Positions 24,460 through 36,953 of a DNA stretch of 64,000 bases are shown here, piece after piece. Origin of the DNA: Lytechinus pictus (Eukaryota); NCBI RefSeq assembly GCF_037042905.1, contig NC_087255.1:9796001-9860000 (forward strand), in the 5' to 3' direction. Both the position numbers and the translations under genes were made by a program. Below the pieces are notes generated by a model that had not been told where the DNA came from, ran no database searches, and saw only the letters and a program-made list of their open reading frames with translations. Positions within the stretch are counted from its first letter, which is position 1. Each line of letters starts with the position of its first letter.

Positions 24460-27400
24460 TAGACGGGTCAATATACGACCAAAAATAGCCTTACCCGGAA
24501 CAAATTGCAACAGATGATTTTTCAACGGTATTTTATACTATTTGATCTCAGGAATAACATACTAAAAATCCGCATCCGGGAAAGTGGTTATTTTCAAGAT
24601 GGCGTCCAAGATGGCCGCCTTCACTGAAAATGGATACAAATGACACATTATCCACCCTAGAATACTATTTCGGTTAATATTCCATGGTCTGGGGGTAATT
24701 GATTTAAGCTAGAATGCATTACAAGCCCTCCAGTGCACCAGGCAAATCCAAGATGGAGCCCAAAATGGCTGACGTAGGCTGAAAATCCACAATTCATCTA
24801 AATTTGATTTTTATTCAATGGTTTTAAGGGTGAAATGGTACATTGAAACAAGTTACAAGGACAGCCAATGGTCTGGTGTGTCCAAAAATCCAAGATGGCT
24901 TCCAAAAATGGAGTTTAAAATGGCTGTTGATAATTAAAATGGACATAGTTCATTTCATATCCACCTGGGACATAATGATTTTGGTGTCTAGACCATGATT
25001 TTAATGGTCAAACAAGACATTGGGATAAGTTACAAGGACAGCCAGTGGTCCAGTATGTTCAAAAATCCAAGATGGCTTCCAAAAATGGAGTCAAAAACTG
25101 CTGTTGCTACTTTAAAAAAACCGACATAGTTTGCTCAGAAATATGATTTTTGTGTCTATACCATGGTTAAATGGGTGAAATAATACATTGGGACAAGTTC
25201 AAGGAAAGTCAGTGGTCTGGTAAGTGCAAAAATCCTCGATGGATTCCTGGTTTCAAGGGTCAAATAATATATTTTGGGATAAGTTACAAGGACAGTCAGT
25301 GGCCTGGTCGGTCAAAAAATCTAAGTTGGCTTCCAAAAATTGATTCTAAATTGACTGCTGCTACTCAAAGCGGACATAGCTTATTTCATATCGGCATGGG
25401 AGATGCGATTTCGGTGTCTAAACCACTGGTTTAAGGGCCAAAATAATACATTAGGACAGGTTTTAAGGCCAGTCAGTGGTCTGGTATGACCAAAAATCCA
25501 ATATGGCTTCCAAAACTTGATTCTAAAATGGCTGTTGATACTTAAAAGTGGCATAGCTCATTTTAAATCCGCTGTGAGATATGATTTCTGTGTCTAAACT
25601 ATGGTTTCAAGGGTCAAATTATATATTAGGACAAGACAATGGCAGTCAGTGGTCTAGTATGTCCAAAATTACAAGATGGCTTCAAAAAATGGAGTAAAAA
25701 TATGTCTGATGTTACTTATAAAAGGACATAGTTTGTTTAATATCTGTCTGGGGAATATGAGTTTTGTGTTAAAAGCATTGTTTAAAAGGGTCAAGTAATA
25801 CACATGGGTAAGTTACAAGACCAGTCAGTTGTCTGTATGTTAAAAAAATCAAAGATTACTTTAAAAAAAAATGGGGTGTGAATTGACTGTTGCTACTTAC
25901 AAGTATGCATAGTTTATTATAAATACACCTTGGCGGTATAATTTTGTTGTCTATACCAAGGTTTACAGGGTCAAACAATACATTGGGTTAAGTTGAAAGG
26001 ACAGTCAGGTGTCAGGTATGTCCAAAAATCAAAGATGGCTTTAAAAATGGGGGTCTTAAATGACTGCTGTTACTTAAAAGTGGATGTAGAACATTATAAA
26101 TACACCTTGGGGATATTATTTGGTGTCTACACTAGGGTTTCAAGGGCCAAACAATACTTTGGGACTGGTTACCATGATATGCAGCTATCCATTTTGCCTT
26201 AAAATCCAAGTTGGCTTAAAAAATGGGTTCTAAAGTGACTACTGTTACATAAAATATCTACCTCTTAGAAATAATCTTGGTGCCTACACTTAAATGCATG
26301 TGGACAAGTTATCATATTGTTTCATGAGTTGGTAACAGCACCCATTTTGATGAAATTTTAGAATCCATCATGGATTATTTGACAAAATGGAGTACTAACC
26401 ATCCTTGTTACTTGTCCGAATGTATTATTTGACCCTTCATACCATAATTTGGACACCAACATTATTTCTTGCAGATGAATATTGTAGAACTCTGACCACT
26501 ATTGAATGATATGAGTCGTTTTAGAATTCTTTTTTAAAAACCCTCTTGTGTTTTAGGCGAACTGGACAACTGCATATCAATGTAACCAGTCCAAACGTAT
26601 TATTTAAACCATGAAACCATAGTGTGGACACCGAAGTTATATCTCCTAGGTGGATTTTAAATGAGCTATGTCCATTTTAAAGTAGCAGCAGTCATTTTAG
26701 ACTCCGATTTTTGAAAGCTTTCTTAGAATTTCGACATACTGGACCACTGACTGTCCTTGTAACTAATTTTCTGCCTTTTGAAACCATGATATAGGCAACA
26801 AAATCATATGCCCTTGACGAATAAAACATGAACTATGTCCATTTTTAAATACCATCGCGGCTAATTGATACTATTTTTTAAGCCACCGTGGACTTTTGGA
26901 CATACTTGACCACCTATCGTCCTTGTAACTTATCCCAATTTATTATTTGACCCATTTAACCATGGTATAGGCACAAAAAATCATATTTCCGGATATTGAA
27001 CATGTTGGGTTTTTTTTAAGTAGCAACAGCATTTTTACTCCATTTTTGGAAGCCATCTTGGATTTTTTTTAACATACCGGACCACTGATTGTCCTTGTAA
27101 CTTGTCCCAATGTATTATTTGACCATTGAAACCATGGTCTAGACACCAAAATCATATCTCTCAGGTAGATGTGATATGAGCTATGTCCATTTTAAGGATT
27201 AACAGCCATTTTAAACTCAATTTTTGGAAGACATCTTGAATTTTTGGACACACCAGACCACTGGCTGTCCTTGTAACTTGTCCTGACGTACTATTTCATC
27301 ATTAAAACAATGGGATGGAAACCAAATTAAAGCCACTTAAGTAATATATGAATTGTGGATTTTTTTTACTACGGCAGCCATTTTGGGCGCCATCTTGGAT

Positions 27401-27696
27401 TTTCCTGATACCCTGGAGTGCTAATATTCACTCTAACTTGTATAAATAAATTATTTTACCAATTGGACCTTGGAATATGACCGCAAATGGGATTCTAGGG
27501 TGGATAATGAGTGAGTTATATCCATTTTTAGTGAATGGCGGCCATCTTGGACGCCATCTTGAAAATAACCACTTTCCCGGATGCGGATTTTGGTAGATCT
27601 TTAGTGTGTTATTCCTGAGGTCAAATAGTACAAAATACCGTTGAAAACTCATTTGTTGCAATTTGTTCCAGGTCAAACCATATATTGACCCGTCTA
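24460..27696. mobile_element. Non-autonomous Academ-like foldback DNA transposon
   Basis: cta|TAGACGGGTCAATATA ... TATATTGACCCGTCTA|cta: TAG terminus and 3-bp TSD (Academ hallmarks); long imperfect inverted arms built of ~125-bp subrepeats; LINE reading resumes after it. Confidence 0.85.
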
Positions 27697-27837
27697 CTAA
27701 GCAGAAGATCGCTATTATGCTCGAAGCACTCGTCTGAAACGACTCTTCTTTGTATGATAGATGAACGGTCTCGTAACGTCGACAATAAGAAAATGAATGG
27801 ACTTATCTTCCTCGATTTACGTCGAGCGTTCGACACT
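27697..27837 (+). pseudogene. LINE RT fragment
   Basis: KHSSETTLLCMIDERSRNVDNKKMNGLIFLDLRRAFDT. Confidence 0.88.
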
Positions 27838-29046
27838 CCCGACCTTTCGTTGGAAGAACGCGAACGCTTATTTACGACGTTAGTTGATTTTAGAAGAGAC
27901 TTTTGGGCCCGTCGTCATGGTCTTAAAACTCTGTCCTGCAATGCAAATTGTGTGACATGAGATTTTTTTTCGTTTCGCATCTGGAACGGAAACATTCAAT
28001 TTGCGTTTCGTATGCAAAATACTGGTTGCTACTATGGTAACAGCGATATATCCGATTTAGGACGACTTTCCAAATCCACATTTGGTTCCTCCTAGAGCTC
28101 GAGAGGCCGCCCGGGGGGCCCACTTTCATTGAAGAGTGGATACCAGGCGCAACAACGCGTAAAAAGGGAAAGAGTGGTTAAGTACGTTACGTATAGGCCT
28201 ATGTAACGTTATAAAGGTGTCAAAAACGATGATTAAAATACTGGAAAAAAAAGGGATATATTTCCAATACTTGTAGGGTTTCACAAGCCAAATAATTGTT
28301 AAAAGATGCATTTTCATAATCTGGAAAATACTTGCTTCCCTTGTTTAGGGTACTTTTCGAAACCCCATGGTCGTGCCTGGTATCCACTCATCAATGGAAG
28401 TGGTCACCCCGGAATTTGAATCTAACCCCCCATTTCTGGGAAAAGTAAAACATAATACCCTTTACATCGTGTGCTAGAGGCGTATCGTTTGTGTAGAAGG
28501 AGTGAACAAAAGAAACAACAGAAACCCGCATGCAAACGTATTGCATACGCTGTGTACATATGCGAAATAGGTTCGGCTAGAGAGGTGATCTGACTCATGG
28601 AATCAATTGCCAGAGATCCACCAATAATCCACATTTAATGCAATATCGATTCGATGGACTGTAATGATCTATATCTAAGCCTTAATTTAGTAAGTTTTTC
28701 CTCACTCAATATGTACTCGATTGTTTGAAAAACCACTTTCTTATCCATGTCATATTCTATTTTAGGTCCTGCATTTCGAATATCTCCAGCCATCAGTTGT
28801 AATTCATGCATGTATGGCGCGCGGGTGTCGCGGGAAATAATTTTGCACATGAAAAGCAGATCTGTAGGGCCTGTAACCCCCCTGTAATACAAATCTTAGC
28901 ATTGATTGTAGAGCAGTTTTCTACGTTTGATTCTATTGACTATAATGTACAATCAATCTTAAAAATCAAGTGTATGATTAAGCGTCAACTTTTGTGTTAG
29001 GGGACCCTACTATTAGCGTCCGTGATGATTGCGAAAGGTGGCAACC
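27838..29046 (+). mobile_element. ~1.2-kb dispersed composite repeat, copy 1 (inserted in LINE RT)
   Basis: Splits AFDT|VNHEL. Colinear with 34584-35851. Contains nested inverted-repeat modules at 28110-28412 and 28868-29007. Confidence 0.8.
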
Positions 29047-30100
29047 GTGAACCATGAACTCATTTTAGATAACTAAGCAATGTATGGTTGTAGTGCAAGC
29101 AGTCTTAAATTGTTTCACTCGTATCTTACTCATCGCAAACAATATGTTTCTGTAGAAAATAACAAGTCCACAATTAAAGATGTTAATATAGGTCTTCCCC
29201 AAGGGTCGGTACTTGGCCCACTAATGTTTTTTTATTTATAAATGACCTACCAAAGAGTATTCCTAATGGATCTGTGTCCATGTATGCCGATGATACGACC
29301 ATTTCTGTATCAGGTACATCTAAAAATGACATTGAAACACAGCTTAATGAAGTAATCATGGTAATGAAGCAAACACATGAATGCTTAATTCGAAACAAGC
29401 TTATTCTCAATGTCGATAAGACTAAGACAATGCTACTTGGTTCACGTCAAAGAATCTGCACATTACAAGATAAAAACCTAATTATTATTATAGACGGAAT
29501 ATCCATAGCATGTGTAAATGAATATAAATATCTTGGGGTCATTATTGACTCATATCTAGACTTTAGAAGTCATACAAACAAAGTTGCAAAAGATGTGAAG
29601 CAAAAGTTGGGTATTTTGAGGAGATTGAGATCTACCTTCTCCGCTGAACAATTGTCAAAGATTTACTGGGGGTATATAATGCCCCATATTCTCTATTGTT
29701 GTAATGTATGGACAGAGAAGTGATGTCAATTATGATATCCTTAATCGCCTACATAAAAAGGCAGCATACTTAATTTCACACTTAACTTGGAAAATCCCGT
29801 CCAATGGAGTATTTAATGAATTATCTTGGCCAAATTTGGACAAACTCTTTTGTTTGAAAATCTGCCTGCTGCACAATGTTTAAAAAAATTCGTGAACTTC
29901 CCCCACCTATACTTTTACGTAGAATTGTACGTCTAGACACCGTACTAATGAGGAACTCTAGACGATCAAATACAATGATTTTGTTCCACCTTTTTCGATC
30001 TAAATTCTTTCCTTTTAATATTCAGGTGCCACAAAGTGGAACAACATTCCGGACGCTATACGCGGCTAGAAAATCGACCAGCTTCCTTTAAATTACTCCT
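29047..30100 (+). pseudogene. LINE RT C-terminal part
   Basis: [49 protein letters not shown]. Confidence 0.9.
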
Positions 30101-30723
30101 AAAATAATATAATGCAATCACAGATAGGAATATGAAATCACTTCTCATACTTACAGCCCATGCTACATGTATTATGTTTTACTATGAATGCATGATCACT
30201 TCCTCAATTTGGTTTTTATCCTGTGCTATATATACATAATAATAGATTATGCTTGATAGGTCAAATATTACATAATATTCTTTGCTCCTGAAATCTCTCT
30301 CTCTTACCCTCCCTCTCTCACATTTTTTCCCCTCTCTCTTTCTCTGCCTCTCTCTCCCTCTCTGTTTGCCTCTGCCCCCTTTCTCTCTCTCTCTTTCTCC
30401 CTCTCCATGTCCTTTTACTTTCTCATTCTGTATCTTATTTTGATGTGTATATATGTTTTCTTTACTTATGTTTTCTTTATGTTATGAATTATATGTTTTA
30501 GGTATTAATGCAGAGCCTTAAAGAGGACCAGCGATTTTTAAATAAAAGTTCTAATTGTATATGTTGTGTAATTTTACATATTTGTTTGTATAAAGCTGAA
30601 CAGGCTACTCTGGATACAGATTTGAAATAAATAAATAAATAAATGTTAATTTCTTATTTATGGACAGAACCATTTATCTAATATATAAATATTTGAAAAG
30701 GTTTATATAAAAATGCCTTTAGT

Positions 30724-31902
30724 CAGTGGCGTACCGTGGGTCACGGCATTGGGGGGGGGGGCACCAGCAAAAACTTTGAATCACTTAGTGAGCGCGCAAA
30801 GCGCGCTCAGTTGCCACTTATATTGAGCTAATAGAGACATTTTAAGGACTATGTCATTAAACGGATATGTATCTCACTGATCAAATAATGCGAGCGCAAA
30901 GCGCGAGCTGAAATTTTTTTTATATTCACACATAAAAAGGGACATTATAATCAAATTTGTGTAATTATGATAGGTACCTGTCTCGCTAAACAATGCGAGC
31001 GCGAGCTAAAATTTGTGTACATATTGAACCCAAACAGCAAGATTTCAAGGAATATATTTTAGGAATCCATTAAGAGTATGCATATCTCACCATAGTCATA
31101 TAATGCGAGTGCCAAGCGCTTGCTGATTTTATTAAATTCAAATCTGAACACATGAAAGACTTTTTGTAGTCATTGCAATCATGATTATCATACGCATCTC
31201 ACTAATCATATATTACGAGCGCGAAGCGCAAGCTGAAAATTTAGATAATTCAGACCTGAAATGGGGCATTCTAAGGTTTCTTTGCAGGAATTAACTACAA
31301 ATAACTACCATACGTATTTCATTAACCATATGATGCGAGCGCGAAGCGCGAGCTGAATTTTTTTTATATTCAGATCAGAAGAAGGGACAGTTTAAGGACT
31401 GAATTTAGGAATTCATGAAGAGCAGACATCTAATGCGAACGTAATCACGGACAGGAAATGTTTCATATATTTAAAGACCTTAAACATGGGGCAATCACTT
31501 TTTGAGTCATGAAAAAGAAGCATATGTCACTACATAAAACAATGATAACTCAAGTGCTAAGAAATATATTTGGTTTATATTGACTTGAAAACGGGAGGTT
31601 TTAGTACAACAGGATTATATATCTCTTTAAACAGACAATGCGAGCACCAGGAACAATGAAGACGTAGGCCCTGAGCAAATATGTTTCATAAAGTTATGAT
31701 AAAAATGTTTCTTATGTAATGTAACATAACATAATTATAATATAATATAACATTATAATGAATGAAATTTTCTTCTTTCCCACTATGTTTCTCTTCATTT
31801 CTCCCTCTTTTCTCCTTTTCCCCGTTTTTTTTTTGATCAGTCGATGGGGGGAGGGGGGGATCGGGCCCCCCATGCCCCCCCCCCCCCGTAGTTACGCCAC
31901 TG
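30724..31902. mobile_element. hAT-type MITE
   Basis: cctttagt|cagtggcgta ... tacgccactg|cctttagt: 8-bp TSD; internal gcgagcgcgaagcgcgagc repeats. Confidence 0.88.
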
Positions 31903-33087
31903 CCTTTAGTTCTTTGGAATATTTGATGTGTTTGTGCGCGCTCATTGAAGACAAAATATGCGTTGGAAACTCACATGTCAGGTTTTATTTCTCATTTCAC
32001 TTAGAACTGTTTAAAAAGATTATTAGCAGGGTTCAATGAAATAAAATGATGACAGCTCCATGTGCGAAACAAAATGTCGATGCAATGCCCTTAGTCTTCT
32101 TTTTTTTTTCAAACTTGCATTAACTTATAATACCCTGGTTTGATTTTATATATTTAAACGAATTAATGATTATAGGAAAATGTTGAATACTAGAATGAAA
32201 CCCTACAAGCCTAAACCTAGGCTTAAATGTTATCCACCATTTCCACTTTTGTATGTTGTTTAGATTAAACTTCTTTTGTTAGTCTTTTGCATTTATACGT
32301 ATTTATAAATTTTAATGCGTAGTGCAGGTTTCAAAAAAGTGTTTTTGTAGACGAATTTGGTGTCCACCTTATAATAGCAGCCTCCCCCCATTCCAGGGCC
32401 ATAAGAGAAGAGTCTTATCTTGTTTCAGCAATGAGAGCTTCCCCGTTTTAACTTGTGTACATGTATGTAATCGCTCCCTATGCATACCTTGAATATCGTA
32501 TATTGGAAAAGTGCAGCTTTTAACGATTCAGACATAGTTTTTTTTTTCCGACAGTTGTTATGGTTCTTGGGGCACGTATGATATGGCTATTAAATCTGAA
32601 TGAAAACATAACTTAAGACAGGAAGGGAAACAGAACCATGACGTTTCAGGCGTTAGTGGTGGTAATGGTCAAGGCAAAAATCTTTATTTTAATTTATGTT
32701 ATCCAAAACACACGAAAATCATGTTTTGATGACCCATTTACAACTAAAGTACAACAAGCAGTTTTGTTTAATTTTATGGATGGATATGTCCTGACAATAT
32801 TAGTTATATAATTTACCCAAAAAATATAATCGGAAACATTCTCAAATGACGTCATAAATATGGCGCCCTAAAGCTAGCATTTTGCCATGGTGATTGTCAA
32901 TAACACATATCTACTTTTAATACAAAAAGTACAATATCCAGCTCTTAAATGATTTCCTCTACGAAAATTAAGAATTTCAAATAGCATACATATAGATCAT
33001 CAGCCATCAAAGACTTGTTTTCAACTGAAGATACCACCCCATTTCCATGGTCATATAGCATTGTATACTTATTCTAAAAAAGACAAA

Positions 33088-33840
33088 AACAAGTTGAGAG
33101 CCTCTGGCAGTCTCTCCTGCATTAGGCGATTTAGTATGGCACCAGTGCTGACTTTGAAAAGTACTATAAAGTAATTATTCACCCCCAAAAGACACGATTC
33201 ATATAATGATATCATGCTATGTTCATTGAACCTAAATGACATTTGATCTTAATCTTGTGACCTAAGACTTGTCAGTCATACTTGATTTCCCTCACGCCGA
33301 CATTTCATAAACTATATCAATAAATTTACAAAGTTATCACGGCAATTTAACATTTACCTCCAACATGGCCGACATTTCATAAACTATATCAATAAACTTT
33401 CAAAGTTATCACGGCAATTTAACATTTACCTCCAATGTGGCAAAATCGCATTGACCTTAAGTGACCTTGGACTTTTGTCATGTGACCTGACATTTGCACG
33501 GGATGTTCAGCTATACGTGATTACTATCATCTCTAAGATTTATGAACTAGATTCATACACTTTCAGAGTTATAATGGTAAATCCACAAATACTCCCAACT
33601 TGGCCAAAGTTCATTGACCCTAAATGACCTTTGACCTATGTGACACGAAACTATAGCAAATTGTTTGGTAATACTTTATTAGGCTTATGTATAAGTTTCA
33701 TAAACTAGGCTGATATACTTTTTAAGTTATGCTGTCATTTCAAAAACTTAACCTTTGGTTAATATTTGATGTTGACGCCGCCGCCGCCGCCAGAAAAGCG
33801 GCGCTTATAGTCTCGCTCTTCTATGCAGGCGAAACAAAAT
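33088..33840 (+). mobile_element. Helentron-associated (HINE-like) interspersed repeat
   Basis: Starts aacaag in an A-run. Subterminal inverted repeat gtctctcctgcat / atgcaggcgaaac, internal tgacctttgacc-type tandem units, 3' stem-loop. Confidence 0.5.
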
Positions 33841-34583
33841 CACCTTCTCTTACTAGAAATATATGGAAATTATAAAAATAATGTGCGAATTATGATATAT
33901 TACTTTGGCTATATAGTGAAAATTCAGTTTAAAATTTTTTTTTTGATCATATGAAATATGAAAAAAGTACTTTAGTTTCCATGATAACTCATCATAAAAC
34001 AACCCATGATTGATATACATATATGTGTCAACACTTGTAAGAAATCATTGTCAACGTTGAAATCTCAACCAAAGTTAAGTGTTTTGAAATATCACCATAA
34101 TTTAGAAAATTGATGGAATAGTACATGTAACTTGGACATAAGGGTAATCGAATATGACATCGTCACATGGTCAAGATCAAAGGTCAATTACGGTCCATGA
34201 ACTTTGACTATTTTGGGTTATTAACTCTGGGATATCAACCAAGGTGAGAAAGGGAAAGAGTGGAAAAATGAGAGGAAGACGAATGAATAAAATAAGATGA
34301 GGGGAAGACTTGGACAATAAAAAAATTATTTTATGACCCTACACAATTTTCGCTCGCGATTGCATTATCTGTTCGATTAGACACATATCTTGCTCAATGG
34401 GCTTATATGGATCTTCAATTATCAAGTTTTGAAGTCAATATGAGTAAACCTATTTCAGCTTGGACATTGAACCTTCATTTTTTTGTTTGATTGATTTTGA
34501 TTGATTTTATCAAAAAGTGCTATGTAAATTTTTCGTTTCATCATCTGAATATCAAAACTTTAGCTCGCGCTACTCGCTCGCAG

Positions 34584-35851
34584 TCCCGACTTTTCGCTGT
34601 ACAACGCGGACGGACTTTACGACGGTATATTGATTTTCGAAAAGACTTTTGGGCACGTAGTAAAACACTGTCCTTCAATCCAAGTTGTGTGACATGATAT
34701 TTTTTTACGTTTTGCATCCGCAACGAAAACATCCAATTTGCGTTTCGTGTGCAAAATTCTGGTTGCTACTATGGTAACAGCGATATTTCCGATTTAGGAC
34801 GAGTTTCCAGAGCCACTTTTTTTTCCTCCCAGAGCTCGAGGGGGGGGGGTACTTTCATTGACGAGTGGATACCGGGCGCGACCACGCGTAAAAACGGATT
34901 TCCTTTTCAAGGGTGGGCACGATACGTATATGTTACGTTATAGGTGTGTCAAAACGATATTTGAAATACTGAAAAAGTGATTTGGTCAAATTTCCAATAC
35001 TTGTTAAGAGTAGGGTTTCACACACCAAATAATTTGTAAGGGATGCATTTCTATAATCTGGAAAAAACTAGCCTAGCTTCCTATGTTAAGGGTGCTTTTC
35101 GAAACCCCATGGTCGCGCCTGGTATCCACTTGTCAATGCAAGTGGCCCCCCGGGAATTGAAATCCAATTATTAATTTCGGGAGAAAGTAAAAGATAATGC
35201 CCATCACATTGTACGTTAGATGGCTTACTGTTAGGAGGAGCGAACAAAAGGAAAAAAAACGCAAATTCGGATGGCTTTCAGACGGATAGGTCTATTGCAT
35301 GCTGTGTACATATCAACGCATGCGAAATAATTCAGCTGGAGAGGTGATCTGACCCATGGAATCAATTGCCTGCTATCCACCAATAATCCATGTAAGATGC
35401 AATATCGATTCGATGGACTGTAATGATTTATATATAATCCTCAATATGTACTCGATCTTTTTGAAAAGCTTTTTTCTTATCCATGTCATAATCTACCATG
35501 TACGCCTAGCATTTCTCATATCCCCAGCCAGCTGCCAGTGTGTAGCTCCGCGGGCTCAGGCGGGCATATACTATGATGACCAGTCGTACATGCATGAAAG
35601 CGGGATTTAATCTCACAACTTGGAATTGCATGCATAATGTCGCATAAAAGAATTTGGCTTACTACGAAAAGCAGATATATAGGGCCTGTAACACAAAGCT
35701 TAGCAATGATTGTAGAACAGTTTTCTACGTTTGATTCTATTGACTATAATAATTATACAATCAATTTTAAAAATAGAGTGCATGATTAATCGTTAACCAT
35801 TGTGTTACGGGACCCTAATGTCTGCGTCCTGGAGATTGCGAAAGTTTGCTA
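34584..35851 (+). mobile_element. ~1.25-kb dispersed composite repeat, copy 2
   Basis: Diverged colinear copy of 27838-29046, inserted in a gcgctcgc-family repeat. Confidence 0.8.
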
Positions 35852-36173
35852 TTATTTGATTTGTCAAGTACCTGTTATCAACATATAATTTTTAGGTCTC
35901 ATTGTCAAAAGGTGTCACTTAGCGCTGCGCGCTCACATTTTGATCGGTGAGTTATGTTTGTACATCTATATTAATTCTATAACATCCCCTTTTCATGACA
36001 GTTTACCACAAATTTAGGCTCGCGCTTTGCGCTCGCATCAATTGTTACAAATATATTAACCTATGCATCCTATTCATAATTACAAAAGTGTTTAAAATTT
36101 CAAATGTTCAGGCCTTAATATCATCCGATTGTCATGAAATGTTTAGTGTTATGCTTGATAGATCTGTCCTCTT

Positions 36174-36320
36174 GAGGCGCGATAGCTCAGTCGATAGATC
36201 GGGGGGTTTGTATTCCGTTGACCCGAGTTCGAAAACCACTTGATGCGCTAGTGTCCTTTGGTAAGGCATTAATCCTTAATACCAGGTCCTTCGAAGAGGA
36301 CCTTAAGCCATCGGTCCTCA
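36174..36320 (+). mobile_element. tRNA-derived SINE fragment
   Basis: A box tagctcagtcg, B box gagttcgaaaacc, followed by a gtgtcctttggtaaggcattaa core; no proper cloverleaf. Confidence 0.6.
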
Positions 36321-36377
36321 TCCCCCACCCCATCACCACCACCAAATCAATTTGTTGTCGGGCTGGGCTTGTCCTTA

Positions 36378-36598
36378 AAGCTAGGGTTACACCAAAACCG
36401 AATTCTCTCGAATAAATTCAGACCGACTCTGCCCGTATTATGGCCTGATTCGGATGGTTTTTGTGCATTCGAATGTTCCCAAATCCCTCCCGAATTTTCT
36501 CGCATTCGCGGAGGGAGAACAGAATACGCCCGAAACCACCTGAATACGTGTATTTGGATGAATTCGCAGCTGATTCGGCTCCGGTGTAACCCTAGCTT
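36378..36598. mobile_element. Small MITE just upstream of the first visible exon
   Basis: aagctagggttacacc ... ggtgtaaccctagctt TIR. Confidence 0.75.
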
Positions 36599-36632
36599 AA
36601 AGCTTTATTCGATTATTGTTGGTCATGTGCAG

Positions 36633-36953
36633 GTGAAGTGGTCCATATCACAGTGCTGACCGAAAAATATACCACGATAGAGACCCTCTCTGGTCATGCT
36701 GGTGTACAGTACCAATGCTACCGCAGTGTACCGGACAGAGATGCCTCATTGTCATTTGGTCGATCTGCACCTATTACAACCAATAGATCACCGCCTAGTG
36801 ATCAGCCACATTTTGTATATAGTCATGTCAGAGTGATCAGATTCCCTAACAACAATAATTGGCCTTCAGATGGTTTTGGTCCCTTCTACTGTGAAGCTGA
36901 AAAAGAGGATCGAGACATTACAAGGGTTACTACATTTTTCCAGAGAAGTGATG
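36633..36953 (+). CDS. Tie-like receptor exon: N-terminal Ig-like domain
   Basis: cag|GT GAA GTG..; EVVHITVLTE...VQYQCY...DGFGPFYCEAE...TFFQRSD|gtatgt; phase 1/1. Confidence 0.82.

Larger units (their letters stand above)
22673..30644 (+). mobile_element. Decayed CR1/L2-group LINE with SGNH-esterase ORF1, interrupted by two insertions
   Basis: ORF1 with ILIISDSM / LPGAKLED / IFHLGTNN / DGVHLN. ORF2 pieces NYRPI.ILP, FLDLRRAFDT|[28 protein letters not shown]. (TAAA)n tail at 30625-30644. Multiple stops and frameshifts. 5' boundary approximate. Confidence 0.9.

Noticed and set aside
35356-35396. ATG...cat|gtaag as first exon of the receptor (MESIACYPPIIH)
   Set aside because: Phase 0 does not match the phase-1 acceptor at 36633, it is not a signal peptide, and it lies in a dispersed repeat.
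36174-36245. tRNA gene
   Set aside because: A and B boxes are present but the acceptor and anticodon stems do not pair, and a SINE-like core follows.
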